Shown: in pieces, positions 13,687 to 27,080 of the stretch
How the letters are laid out: the number at the start of each line of letters is the position of its first letter
How positions within the stretch are numbered: position 1 is the first letter of the stretch
Assembly (NCBI RefSeq): GCF_009914755.1
Contig: NC_060937.1
Strand: one strand, 5' to 3'
DNA length: 64,000 bases
Source: the human T2T-CHM13v2.0 reference genome, Homo sapiens
Position numbers and translations under genes: made by a program
The notes under the pieces: model-generated
Told to the model about the DNA's origin: nothing
Seen by the model: the letters and a program-made list of their open reading frames with translations, nothing else
Databases searched by the model: none

Positions 13687-14672
13687 GAGGGAGGTGGAGT
13701 TCTGTACCCAAAGAGTCACTCAGCAACCTCTTAAATAATTGTTTTCATTTATAGTCTGCAACCAGGCAATTCAATACCAAAGGCTCAGGAGATGCCTGAC
13801 AGTAAATGGTTGAAGAACAATCCAGAACTCAGAGAAATGCTTAAAGTGAAATGCTCCTTCCTGGTTCTATTACTGCATATGTGTTGACTTAAATAACTTC
13901 TGTTTCTTAATGATTCGCATTTTCAAAGGCCAAACCTCCACATTAAAACCAGCCAACACAAATCATTATGAAACTGTTAGGGGATAGGCTGATTCCTGTG
14001 CTAAAACTCATCAACAGCATAGAAAGATGAAATGCTTCCCCAGTGATTTTACAGACCTGCAGCCAGGTCGATGTCTTCTGTAAGTAGCGTCTGCTATAAT
14101 TAGTTTGGATCAACTCAGAACCTCTGTGTATACTTATGATTTGTATAATAGCACAGAAAGAAACTTCAGAATAATCTGTCTTATAAAAGGATGGAAAAAT
14201 CCTCTGTTAAGTGTGAGCAAATTGAGTCCAGGTCTTCCTTACTCAAGGGTTGGCACAGAGAAGACAGACCTGGTATCATTCAAGGATGCAATCTGCCTGG
14301 GTAGGTTAAAAAAAAAAAAAGGAAGATGGATAAGAGAGTTTAGGGTTTGGGCAAGAGTGGGATGGTGATGCTGCACCATGAAATCTAAATTGCAGAGGAA
14401 GGGAGGGAAATGAACAGAGGCAGGGCTGTGGATAGGGCCAAAATGGAGTATGGGTGAGCTGGGGTCCTTGCTGACAGTTCCAGGTTGAAGCCTGGGACCA
14501 TGTGCCAGGCAGCAGATGCTCCACAAAGGTGGGGGCCGTCACCACAAGGTGGGGGAGTAATGGTCTAGAAGAGATTTGGAAGGGGGGCAGGACAATAACC
14601 CTCACCTCCTGACCTGGGGAATCACAATGATAATTATAATGATGGAATATTAATAGCTACCATTTCTGGAGG

Positions 14673-14885
14673 CCTTATAAGAAGAGAGAATTTGGACCCA
14701 GGCACACACAGTAGGAAGACCGTGAGAAGACACAGGCAGAAGACGGCCATCTATAAGCCAAGGAAAGGTCTCAGAAAGAAGCAATCCTGCCAACACATTG
14801 ATCTTGGATTTTAGCTTCCAGAACTGTGAGAAGACAAATTTTTGTTGTTTAAACCACCCAATCTGTGGTACTTTGTTATGTATAT
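14673..14885 (+). mobile_element. MLT1B (MaLR) LTR, 3' half
   Basis: CCTTATAAGAAGAG...GAAGACGGCCATCTATAAGCCAAGG...CCAGAACTGTGAG...GGTACTTTGTTATG. Confidence 0.85.
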
Positions 14886-16087
14886 TACAGGTATAGAAGT
14901 GGGATCTGTACCTGTTTTCGTTTTATATCATCTGTAGGAGGGAAGGCTTTGCTAAGTAAGCAACTTTGATTAGAGTATCCCTCCTTTTATATTCCTACAA
15001 ATTTTCTCAATTTTACATATGTGTTTCTCTACCACCTAGTTGATCTGATTATTAGTAGGAGGTGTTAGTATGAATTAAAAGACACATTGGCTCTGGTACT
15101 AAAAGAATAGAAAAACAAAAAGAGATTCTAAATACTCTCATAGAATGTAGAAGTGGGTTGAGATTCTAAGAATTTTGCTCTTGACTGCATGATTTTCACC
15201 ATGTTTCAGAAATCTGGATGCTAAGAAGGTTATGAAAAAACTATGCGTATAGGAAAATGGCAACAACCAAAAGACTTAAGGAATGTAAGGAGTACGTATG
15301 AGGGCTTATGTACATTCTCTTACCTGTAATTAACTATACAGATTAAACTGCACACACGTTTAATGGCGTTTTCTTTTATTTTTACCAGACATTCATTTAC
15401 TCCTTAAATAGTTTGCTTTTATTTGCACACAGCAAGGTAAGGTCAAGCATTAGACCATCGTTAAGTACTATTTTAGCGCACACATATGCACATAATTCCT
15501 TCTCTCTATGGCCATGTGTTCAGAACTGCTAACTGGATACACACAGGAAGGAAGGATTTCAGGATTCCCAGTTTGGGTGACATTTTCTTATGATCTCCTG
15601 ATGAACTTGAAGCCAGACATATTAAGTCGGCCTGTCCTCAAGCCACAAGAACTTGAAAGAACCAGATCTGCCAAACACATCCAACACACCTTGGTTGGTG
15701 TAAACCATTCAGCTGTCAGTACATGTCCTGTCTGGTTTCTTCTTGTGAATCCCCAGACTCCAGGATTTGCACGCTCTATTTTTTTCTATAAAGTCTATTC
15801 CAAAATCACTCAGTTAACATGCTAAGGCAAACCCATCTGTGTTGGGCTTCCTTTGGGTTATGCTTTCTTTTTGTCCTTGCAGCCCAGCCTCCTGCCTATT
15901 CCTCACTCCAATATCATCATCCTTCCAATGCTTGGTCCCACTCCCCCTCATCATCCTCCCTCCCAAACCAGTACGCTCTATGCTCCTATACTTCCCACTG
16001 TTTACAAACTCCCCTACAACCTCAGACTCCTCTTTGTAGCTCCTCCTGGTCTCCCCAATGTGACTGTCACTAGCTCTCCCCTGAGAC

Positions 16088-16220
16088 ATCCTAAAGACCT
16101 CATGTTACCTTAATTATGTCTCTGAAGATTCTATCTCCAAATGAAGTTACATTCTGAGGTACTGGGGGTCAGGACTTAAACATACAAACTTCTGGGAGGA
16201 CACAGACTTCAGCCTATTAT
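16088..16220 (-). mobile_element. MLT1B-like LTR, 5' part
   Basis: Reverse complement reads GGCTGAAGTCTGTGTCC...GTCCTGACCCCCAGTACCTCAGAATGTAAC...TTTGGAGATAG...ATGAGGTC. Confidence 0.8.
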
Positions 16221-17299
16221 GGTGCCCTTCCAAAAGCTTCTGAATTTTAAGTCAGTGGAGATTTTTTGAAATCAGTTGAGCTTCAATCAGTAAGGTCTCC
16301 TGGCTATTACAGACAACTTCACAACACATTTTATGGAAATGGACACACAGATAGGAAGGGAAGGTCTCTTTAGCAACCCCATTCTTCTTCTGGGAATGTT
16401 GAATGCATCATCAACCTAGAGAAAGCCATTAGTGGGTGCCTCACTGAGATGTCTAGTCCCTGTAGAACAAGCACCTTCTCAGGCAAATTCTCAGCACATT
16501 CTCAAATTGCCCAAAGTGCTATCACTTGACAAAGGTCAAGGAAATAACAGCAAATCATGAATAAATGAATCCATCACTGGATACCACCTCTTGGGTCACT
16601 CCTGAGCTACTTCTTAAAAGAGTTTCCTTACCTGAGGTTTTAATTTCTGTCACTATGTTAGGTTTTAACCATAAAAAGAACCTATTTTGTAATTAATGGT
16701 CTACGAGGCTGGGCCTTGGAGTTGTTCCTGACCTTTGTTTCCAGTGGAGGGGAGCCACGTTAAGGAGAGCCCACCATCAAAGACAGACAGCATCATGGGG
16801 ATGGAAATAGGCATAACCAATATTTAATCAATATTTAAACCAATATTTAATCACCACAGTTTAACACAAAGGATAAACAAAAGTGTCTGACAGGAATGGA
16901 GGGTGGGAGGGTTGTAGGAGAGAGCATGAGTTGAACTCTGAGAGATGGCAAAGGTGATGTATTTATTAATGGTAAAGGTGAAATTACTACCCCGATTCCA
17001 GGAAATGAGTCAAGGTTTGGAAGAAGAGGTGGGAGTTTTATGATGTCTTGCAGCAGAGGGAAAGAGCTTAGTGAATTGTGATGGGGGACATGAGAAGTGT
17101 TCCAGACAAGTGTTCATGAAGTGGATCTGTCAGCAACAGGCAGCTCCATCCAGCACAAGCTGGCCTGGTGGAAAAGTTATAACTTAAACATTGCTCAACA
17201 CTTGGTGTGTCAGAACATATTGTACCCCTTGTTTGAGAAGATCAGTTTCATTCACCCCCTTCTTGGCATTTCAGGAAGCCACATGGATTTCTCCCTAGC

Positions 17300-17750
17300 A
17301 TCCCACTCTTTTCCAGAATCCCATTTCCTCACTCTTCAGCAACATTGGACTGTTGCACAAATCTACACACCTTTTCAGTGCTTTCCCCGTACATGCTCTT
17401 GTGGGTGTTATTCCTCTCTGGAAAGTTCCTACGCTTTGATCCTTTCTAAGACTTATTAAATGTCAACTCCCTTACAAGGATTCTCCTGATCCTTTTACTT
17501 GAATGTTTTTTCTTCCTCCTCTGGACACCTGTAGCATTTTAAACTTATGGTGAAGTTCAACCTGTTTCATTATATATTAGGATTAACTTTCTCTAATCTG
17601 TCCCCACTTCCAATAGACTAACTTCATGAAGACATGGATTTTTATTTTCACTTTCTTTATATCCTCACCTGTACCAAGCACAACCCTTGCACAGAATGTG
17701 CATCATAAATACCACTTAGGTGAAGCGGAATCATTTGCTGAATGATGTTG
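17300..17750 (+). mobile_element. L2 3' fragment
   Basis: AAATGTCAACTCC...TCCTGATCC and CCAAGCACAACCCTTGCACAG...ATAAATA...TGAATGA end. Confidence 0.5.
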
Positions 17751-18633
17751 AATGGATGCTGTAAAAATGGCTCCCTTCCTGTGGGTACTTCCTTGCTGAA
17801 AGTGAGATCAGAGTTCCATACGGCATGGCGCTCTGGGGGCTGGACTAGAAGCGCAGGGGGTGTGGACTGGTGCTAAAGTGTCAGGGTACGGCGTTAAGGG
17901 CATTCACAAGCTACGATCCCAGGGTGAAGCCAGAGTTGAGAATGAAACAGATAGTCCAAAGGAAATGTCAACTGAAGAGGCAGCAACCGACAGTTCAACA
18001 AGGCACAGTAAGCGGGTTGGGCTGAGGAATGGCTAGGAGGTATGGTTGATGGGTCTCCTCAGAGAGGCCAGGGTTAAAAGATTGGAACCTGGTTGATGAA
18101 GAACTATTAAGTGGAGTAAGCTCTTTAAGACACTTTGCTCCTTTACTGTTTCATCCAGAGATGTTTCAAACCATTGTTTGCCATTGTCTTAGTTCAGCTA
18201 TCATCAACATAGCTTGATAAAAATTCTTACTAGTTAGTCTGGTAGGTCATTTTAACCACCTAGTCGGAGTTCATTTTTCTTAACCTTTCCTTGAACAGGA
18301 AGCCTTCAAAGTGTTCATCCAGTGCTGCGATGTTATCTGTAACCTGCTACAATCTTGAAAATGAGGTGAGGTGAATGGATTTCTCTAACTCTGGTCCAAC
18401 CGAGTGGCTGGGACAAACCACAGATGACTTGTCACCTCAGTGACAGCCAGTGGAACTTAGCCAGCCTCCTAGAATTTGAGGACCAAGTTGTGTCTCTTTG
18501 AACTTTGATTTTCTTCTGGGTTCTAGATCTATTGGTAATGGTGAGATGTGGTGAAAAGAGTTCTAAAACTAGTCTAAGTCCCACTTTTTTCACTGAAAAA
18601 CTTTGTGGCTTAAGGGTAGATACCTTGCTTTTA

Positions 18634-18646
18634 TTTTTTATTTTAT

Positions 18647-18695
<49 letters not shown>

Positions 18696-18978
18696 TTGAG
18701 ATGGAGTCTTCACTCTGTCGCCCAGGCTGGAGTACAGTCGTGTGACCTCGGCTCACTGCAACCTCTGCCTCCTGGGTTCAAGCGATTCTCCTGTCTCGGC
18801 CTCCTTAATAGTTCAGATTACAGGTGTCTGCCATCACACCTGGCTAATTTCTGTGTGTTTAGTAGAGATGGGGTTTTGCCATGTTGGCCAGACTGGTCTT
18901 GAACTCCTGACCTCAGGTGATCCACCCAGCTCAGCCTCCCAGTGTTGGGATTACAGGAGTAAATCACCTCGCCTGGCC
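18634..18978 (-). mobile_element. Alu (AluS) with (TTA)n tail microsatellite
   Basis: Complete dimer; TSD ACCTTGCTTTTA on both sides. Confidence 0.95.
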
Positions 18979-19517
18979 ACCTTGCTTTTACAATGGGATA
19001 ATAATCCCAAGTAACCCTATTTGTAAAATCTTGAAGGTCGTGACCTGGACACAATAGGTTCTTGAGACTGTTTTCTTCAGTTAGTTTAGTGAATTACTAT
19101 TCCTTGAGCACTTGTATGCAAGGGGCTCAACAGGACAGTCCCTCTAAGTACCTACCCTCTATGCTTTGGCTTGCTTGTCCCATGGACCAATTTGCCTTGA
19201 GGAATCCACAGTTCTAGCAAAGCCTCTGCAGTCTAGAAAAAATATTGAAAGTGAAATCATTGATATCTATCTCATTACTTTATATATTTCTGTAAAATGA
19301 AGATGATTAAAAAAAAAAACTACCTTGACAAAGCTGTGTCAAAGATGAAATGTGACTTGGAAGGGATTTGTGGACTGTGAAAGCCTTGAGAAATGTAAAT
19401 GATCATTTTTGCCATTTGTTGTCATTTGTTCTGCAGTCGCAGGAGTGCCTCTTCCTGCTGCCCTGGTCTGAGCAAGACCAGAAAAGGAGCTGGGAAGGGC
19501 TGGTGGCTTTTCATGCC

Positions 19518-19539
19518 ATGCCTGCCCTCTAGTGGCTGT
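19518..19539 (-). promoter_or_regulatory. CTCF core motif (reverse orientation)
   Basis: Reverse complement CAGCCACTAGAGGGCAGGC matches core CCASYAGRKGGCR. Confidence 0.6.
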
Positions 19540-19694
19540 GATCCACAGCCGCTTACCGAACGGGTGGCCCAGAGAGGAACAGAGAAGTCCGTCAAGTTGG
19601 GAGAGAAATGTTCAGCGGGGCAATCAACATTGTCCTCAGCCTTCTTCTATGTGGGAGACAGTGCCCACACCCCTTTACCTGTCTACAGTGCCTG

Positions 19695-19880
19695 ATGTAG
19701 TGGAGGCACAAAGCTTTGGAGGTCAATAGGCCTGACCCTGTCATTTACCACTGTCCTGAGGCAATTTACCTAATCTCCTGTAGGCATAATGGGAACAATT
19801 GAAAGTTGTTGTGAAGATTAAATAAGCTAATTTATGTAAAATAGTCCTCCCAGTATCTGGCACATTTTAAGCATTTTTAA
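19695..19880 (+). mobile_element. MIR SINE
   Basis: GTTGTTGTGAAGATTAAATAAGCTAAT...CAGTATCTGGCACAT. Confidence 0.65.
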
Positions 19881-20599
19881 AAAGGCTTTTCATTCCCTTC
19901 AAACTTTATTTATATTTTGGGGTTCATATTGGCAGGCTACTTGGGGCTGGGAGTATATGTTTAATCCTTATTTAGATCATCTTAGATGTGTTTCCAAGAA
20001 GCAGAATGTTCCCTCTCTAACCCTTTCAAAGGGAAAACAGCTGCCCTGGAACTGATAAGTTCTACAATTACAGGGTTTGATAAATCTGCTCATCTAACTC
20101 TGTTCTCATTTTTCTTTTCTGATATGTGGGTCTACTTGCTGCTTTAACTGGGCACTGCATCCTGCCCAGCAGGGTTTTTCAGTGGAGCATCTCTCTCATG
20201 AGCCGCTGAGGTCAAGAACTGTCTTATCATCTAGCATATGCCCAGGTCAGGTCTTCAGGAGCTGAGTGTGAGCAGCTTTCACGGGGCAGCCATTTCCTCC
20301 ACTTTCCCTCTGCCCTCCATCCAACACCAAAGGGCTGAGGCAAATCAGGTCACTCTCTGTGCTTTGCTGGGAAGGGGCATCTTCAAGGCAGGAGACATCA
20401 TTTGCTGTTTCCAAGGTGGATATTTTCATATTCTCAGAAATTTTCAGGCATTTGAAGGGATGGGTCTTTAAATCACACAGATGTAACACATTGAATGACT
20501 TCAGGCCTGATGTGTGGGAGAAACATCAAGGGGCCTGGTGTGACAGGAGAACAGGGAGCAGGGGAAGATCTGGGGTTGAAGAGGGAATCAGGCCTTGGA

Positions 20600-21425
20600 A
20601 AGACGCTGCCTTTTTCTCAGAGTGAGATGAGCAGCAGGGTCTGAGTGGAAGAGGGAGTGGAAGGTTTAGTAAGATCATCTGGTTTCTCTGTTAAGATGAG
20701 GCTGTAAGGAGCAGGTGTAGACGCAGGGAGAACAGGTAGGAATTCTTGCAGCTCTCCAAGCAGATGCCCATGGCATGGGCAGGTTCAGAAGTGGTGAGGG
20801 GATGAGCTCCTGGTTATCACATGACAACAAGGCCTGAAGATTTGCCAATAGATTGTCTCTGGAGTGTGAGAGAAGGAGGGGAGGTGAGGATGAGTCCAAG
20901 CATGTTGGCCTGAGCAACTAGAGGGATGAAGCTGCCATTATGAAGACAAGAAGACTGTGGGAGGAGCTGGGGAAGATATTCAGGAGTTGGCTTTTGGACA
21001 TGTCAACTTTGAGATGCCTAGTAGACATCCATGAGGAGGGCAGTTCGATGTTTGGTTACACAGCCTGCAGGTCAGGAGAAAAGTTCAGACCCGATGTAAG
21101 AGTCTTCAGCATAGAGATACTTAAAGCCAAGACATTCAATGAGATCACCAAGGTGTGAGTATTGATAGAGAAGAGGTCCAAGCAGTAAGCTCTGAGGCAC
21201 TCCAATGCTGAGAGGTCATGGTGGTGAAGAAGAGTCATGGAAGAATACTACAGAGGAATAGGCAATAAGCCAGGAGTCAAACTAGGGAGCCGAGGAAAGA
21301 ACATACCACGGAAACAGGCAGTAATCAACTGTGTCAGACGGTGTTGATGGGGCAAGTAAGATGAGGACATAGAACTATTTCATTTAGCAACATAAAGGTC
21401 ATTATTGAGTTTGATTAAGAACTTT
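20600..21425 (-). mobile_element. L2 fragment
   Basis: TTGGCCTGAGCAACTAGAGGGATG...TTTTGGACATGTCAACTTTGAGATGCCTAGTAGACATCC. Confidence 0.85.
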
Positions 21426-21780
21426 TGATATAGTGCCCCATATCCAGATTATAAAACCAATATTATAGCTTGTTAATTTGTTTACATTTCTTTCTATCAC
21501 ACTGATAAGTTAATTTCTTAGACACAGGCAATATGATGTCTCACGCATTTCTGTGTCCTGGCATGCTCAATGAATATTTGTGAAATGAATGTGTAAATAC
21601 ACAAAAGGGAGTATCTTAGATATTGGCCTAGGATGCCTGTGTGGGGCTGCAATCACCCCAGGACTACTGAGCCAGAAACAGACCAGTACTAAAGATTGTG
21701 CTTGAATCACCCAGGGATATAGGTGACCATTTGTCCTATTCTTAATGACAGTATCATTCCATAAGTCTCATTTTTTGCAT

Positions 21781-21833
21781 ATCATCATCATCCTCATCCT
21801 CATCCTCATCATCATCATCATCATCATCATCAT
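21781..21833. repeat. (CAT)n microsatellite, interrupted by CCT
   Basis: Direct reading. Confidence 0.95.
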
Positions 21834-22234
21834 ACAATAACCAGATTCTAGCAATTCTTCCCTCATGGTTCATTTTAGAGTAATTCTTCTGCCTTTACTT
21901 ACCAACTTCTTATACACCCCAACATTATAAACTCTCTAATACCATTTGCTATTGCTCAAGACTAATTGTCTTCATGCACAAACTTTCAAAGACCTATATA
22001 TTATACTTATTATTCTTTTTGTGGCTTTAAAGGGTGCCTATCATTTAATCATTGAACTGGAGATATTTATTGAGTGAGGTGTGTGCCAGCTAGATGTTAC
22101 TCTTTGGAGATACATGGTGAGCAAGTTAGACACAGTGACTGCCCTCAGGGAGCTTGCAGTCTAATGGATTTATGTGGCAGAGACATTAAACAAATAACTA
22201 CAATAAAGTGATAAATGGCATGAGAGGGAAAGTG

Positions 22235-23150
22235 GCCTCTTCATCCATGTTTTCCAGGGTTCTGTCCTAGGTCCTCCTTTCCTCACTCTCTATGTGCTCC
22301 AGGGTGATTTCTTTCACTGTCTTGGATTCCATTAATGACTCTCAAGTAGACATCTCCAGCTCAAATCTTTCTAAACACATCCAACCAATGTCTCTTGGGT
22401 CTCTTCTCTTAGGCATCTCAGAATCACTCTCACCAACAGTGTGTCAAAAACAGAAGCAATCATTCCCTGCCCTCCAACACACACCCACACCCACACCCAG
22501 GCTCTTCTGTGTTCTAAGCCACCATCATCTGCAGCATCACTGGGCCAGCTGCCCACCCCAACACCAGAGCTCTAGCTTGGGCTTCCTGGTTGACCTCATC
22601 CTATTGTTAACAACCTGTCTCTAGTTTTATTACTTGTTTCTCCTAAGCATATCTCAAATCCCACAGTTCCCCTTTTTCCTGCTGAAATTACCATTAAATT
22701 GCAACTGCTAAATTTTATTGGACCTTTATTATGTATCAGGCCCTGTAATAAATTCTTTAAATGTGTTTCCTCATACAACCCTCCAATACAATTGGGTAAG
22801 ATCCGGTGAGTGCTAGCATTATTCCCACTTTTACAGATAAGGAGGCTGCGGTATAGAAAAGTTAAGTACTTTGGAGAGGATCACACAGCTGGTAGGTGAA
22901 GGAGCTTTGCACTATGAACCTGTGCCATTACCATAGAGCCCTTAGTTCAGGCAGCTGTCATCTCTCATCTGGATTTCTCCAATGGCCTCCAGCCATGCCC
23001 TTTTCTAAGCTTCACTTCACACCAGAGTAAAATTATGTTCCTACTTAAAGTTCTTTAGTTGCTCCCCTCTACCCTTAGGATAAATCCCATAGGCCGTAAT
23101 GCAGCTGTTGACATTGTTCCCCATGAACTGACCTCTGGTTACTTTTTAGG
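22235..23150 (+). mobile_element. L2 fragments interrupted by an antisense MIR (~22700-22925)
   Basis: CAGGGTTCTGTCCTAGGTCCTC, TTAGGCATCTCA; MIR part ATTCCCACTTTTACAGATAAGGAGGCTG. Confidence 0.7.
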
Positions 23151-23371
23151 GCCTTCTCATTTCCTCCCTCCCCAACCCACCACACAGCCATAAAACACTT
23201 TATTTAAACAAAAAAGCATTATTTATTCCAAAGGAAACATTTCATTTTATGAAAAATAATTTTTCTTGTTTAATATTCATCTCCCTCTAATCTCCTTCCT
23301 AAATACACTTCCCCCCACTTATACTATTATGAAGTTTTTATTTTTAATTTTTTCCCCAAAGTTTTAGATCT

Positions 23372-23565
23372 GTTTTATTTTGAACTAATTTAGACCTACA
23401 AAAAAGTTGTAAAAATAGTACAGTTCCTTTATATTCTTCAACCAGCTTCCCCTAATGGGAACATCTTGTAAAACCATAGTACAATAATTAAAAACAAGAC
23501 ATTAATACTGGTATAATATTATTAAAGACCTTATTGTAATTTGATCCTTTTTTCACTAATAGCCT
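23372..23565 (-). mobile_element. L1MC-like 3' end fragment
   Basis: TTTAGACCTACAAAAAAGTTGTAAAAATAGTACAG...CAGCTTCCCCTAATG. Confidence 0.65.
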
Positions 23566-23616
23566 TCATTTTTTTTAGAAAAAGATAAAAATAGGACTGT
23601 GTTGTAGTGACTTGAA

Positions 23617-25697
<2,081 letters not shown>

Positions 25698-25895
25698 CTA
25701 AAGCACTTTCTTTGGTTTAGCTCTGAGTCATCTCCATTTTCCTCTGTTTAGGAAGTCTTCTTTTCACTGTGACTGACCCTCCTCCTTCACTTTTCCCACA
25801 TTTTCTGGAAATATAATATTTTATCAGTTACGTTTCAGTTCAGAAGTTTTTTTCCTGTAGGAAGCCTCCCTGATTCCCCAAGTCTGGATGAGAAG

Positions 25896-26320
25896 GTGTG
25901 AGAGGCAGAGTACTGGCTCCCCAAAATGTCCATGTCATTAATGCCCTGTACCTGTGGATATATGACCTTGTGTGGCCACAGGACGTCGCAGATGCTATTA
26001 AGTTAAGAATACTGAGATGAGGAAATAATCTTAGGTGATGGAGATGAGCAGTGTGATCACAAGGATCCCAATAAGAGGGAGTCAAGAGAGTCAGAATCAG
26101 AGGCGATGTGACTGTGGATGCTCCAGAAGCCGGAAAAGGCAAGAAAACATATTCTTCCATAGAGTGTCCACAGGAACACGGCTCTGTGCACTCCTTGATT
26201 TAGCCTTGTAAAACCCATTTTGGACTTCTAAACTCCAGAACTATAAAATAATCCATTTGTGTTGTTTTAAGCCACTCAATTTGTAGCAATCTGTTGCAGT
26301 AGCAACAGGAAACTCATACA
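25896..26320 (+). mobile_element. MLT1D (MaLR) LTR inserted in an L2 3' fragment
   Basis: TGTG..AGGCAGA start, GGAAAAGGCAAGAAAACATATTCT, end GCAACAGGAAACTCATACA; L2-like sequence on both sides (~25830-26530). Confidence 0.9.
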
Positions 26321-26851
26321 GATGGCTTTCCCTGTGCTTCCATACCTTCCACACTCTATGTCTTCACACTGCAGATTCTATTTCAATGGCTCTATTACCT
26401 GCTCATCTCCTAAGTAGCCCATAAGATCTGTAAGAGAATGCACTGAATCAATCTTATGCAACTGATATTCTCAAGTACAAACATTGCTCTTGGAACATAC
26501 CTGGTGCGAAATTAATATTTTTTGGATGAATGCTTGTCAAACGTGTGGAAATGCTATAATGGGTTTTCCAGGTCTCTCAGGGAATAATTATGAGGAGAAG
26601 GTAAGTGTGGTGTTTCTTTGTAGGCTTACCTCAATCTTAAGTATATATACTATATAGAAGGAGCAAAAGTTACTGCTTTTTCTTCATGGGATCATTCTTA
26701 GCTTGGTTTGCTTGGCTTTGCATGCCTGGAAATTGACACTTTAATAAAGTGCTTTCTTGTGTTTGCAATCCTGCAGGCACAAGATCCCTTGTTATGAAGA
26801 GCTTAAAATAACCTTTCTCAATTACTAGCCTCTCCTGCCTGAAACCTCAGG

Positions 26852-27020
26852 TTAGTGATGTCAAACAACTTACGATCGGCAGGTGACATACTGTCATTTG
26901 GGAGAGTTCTTAAAACTAGATATTCCCAAGCTAAGGCCTGGACCTCTAGCATCAGAATCTCCAGGAGAGGGATCTAGTTCTGCAGGTGATTCTGATGCAG
27001 ATCCAAATTTGGGAACCCCT
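26852..27020. mobile_element. MER5-like MITE
   Basis: ATCAGAATCTCCAGG...CAGGTGATTCTGATGCAGATCCAAATTTGGGAACC. Confidence 0.65.
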
Positions 27021-27045
27021 GAGACTCAACCCTACAGGAACGTGA

Positions 27046-27080
27046 AGTGCAGCTGTCACTTTGGCCACTAGATGGCAGGC
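27046..27080 (+). promoter_or_regulatory. CTCF motif (forward) with upstream module
   Basis: Core TGGCCACTAGATGGCAGGC at 27062-27080, preceded by GTGCAG at spacing like the upstream ZF9-11 motif. Confidence 0.65.

Noticed and set aside
18505-19054. ORFs with poly-Ile/poly-Leu resembling membrane proteins
   Set aside because: Translation of the (TTA)n Alu tail and Alu body
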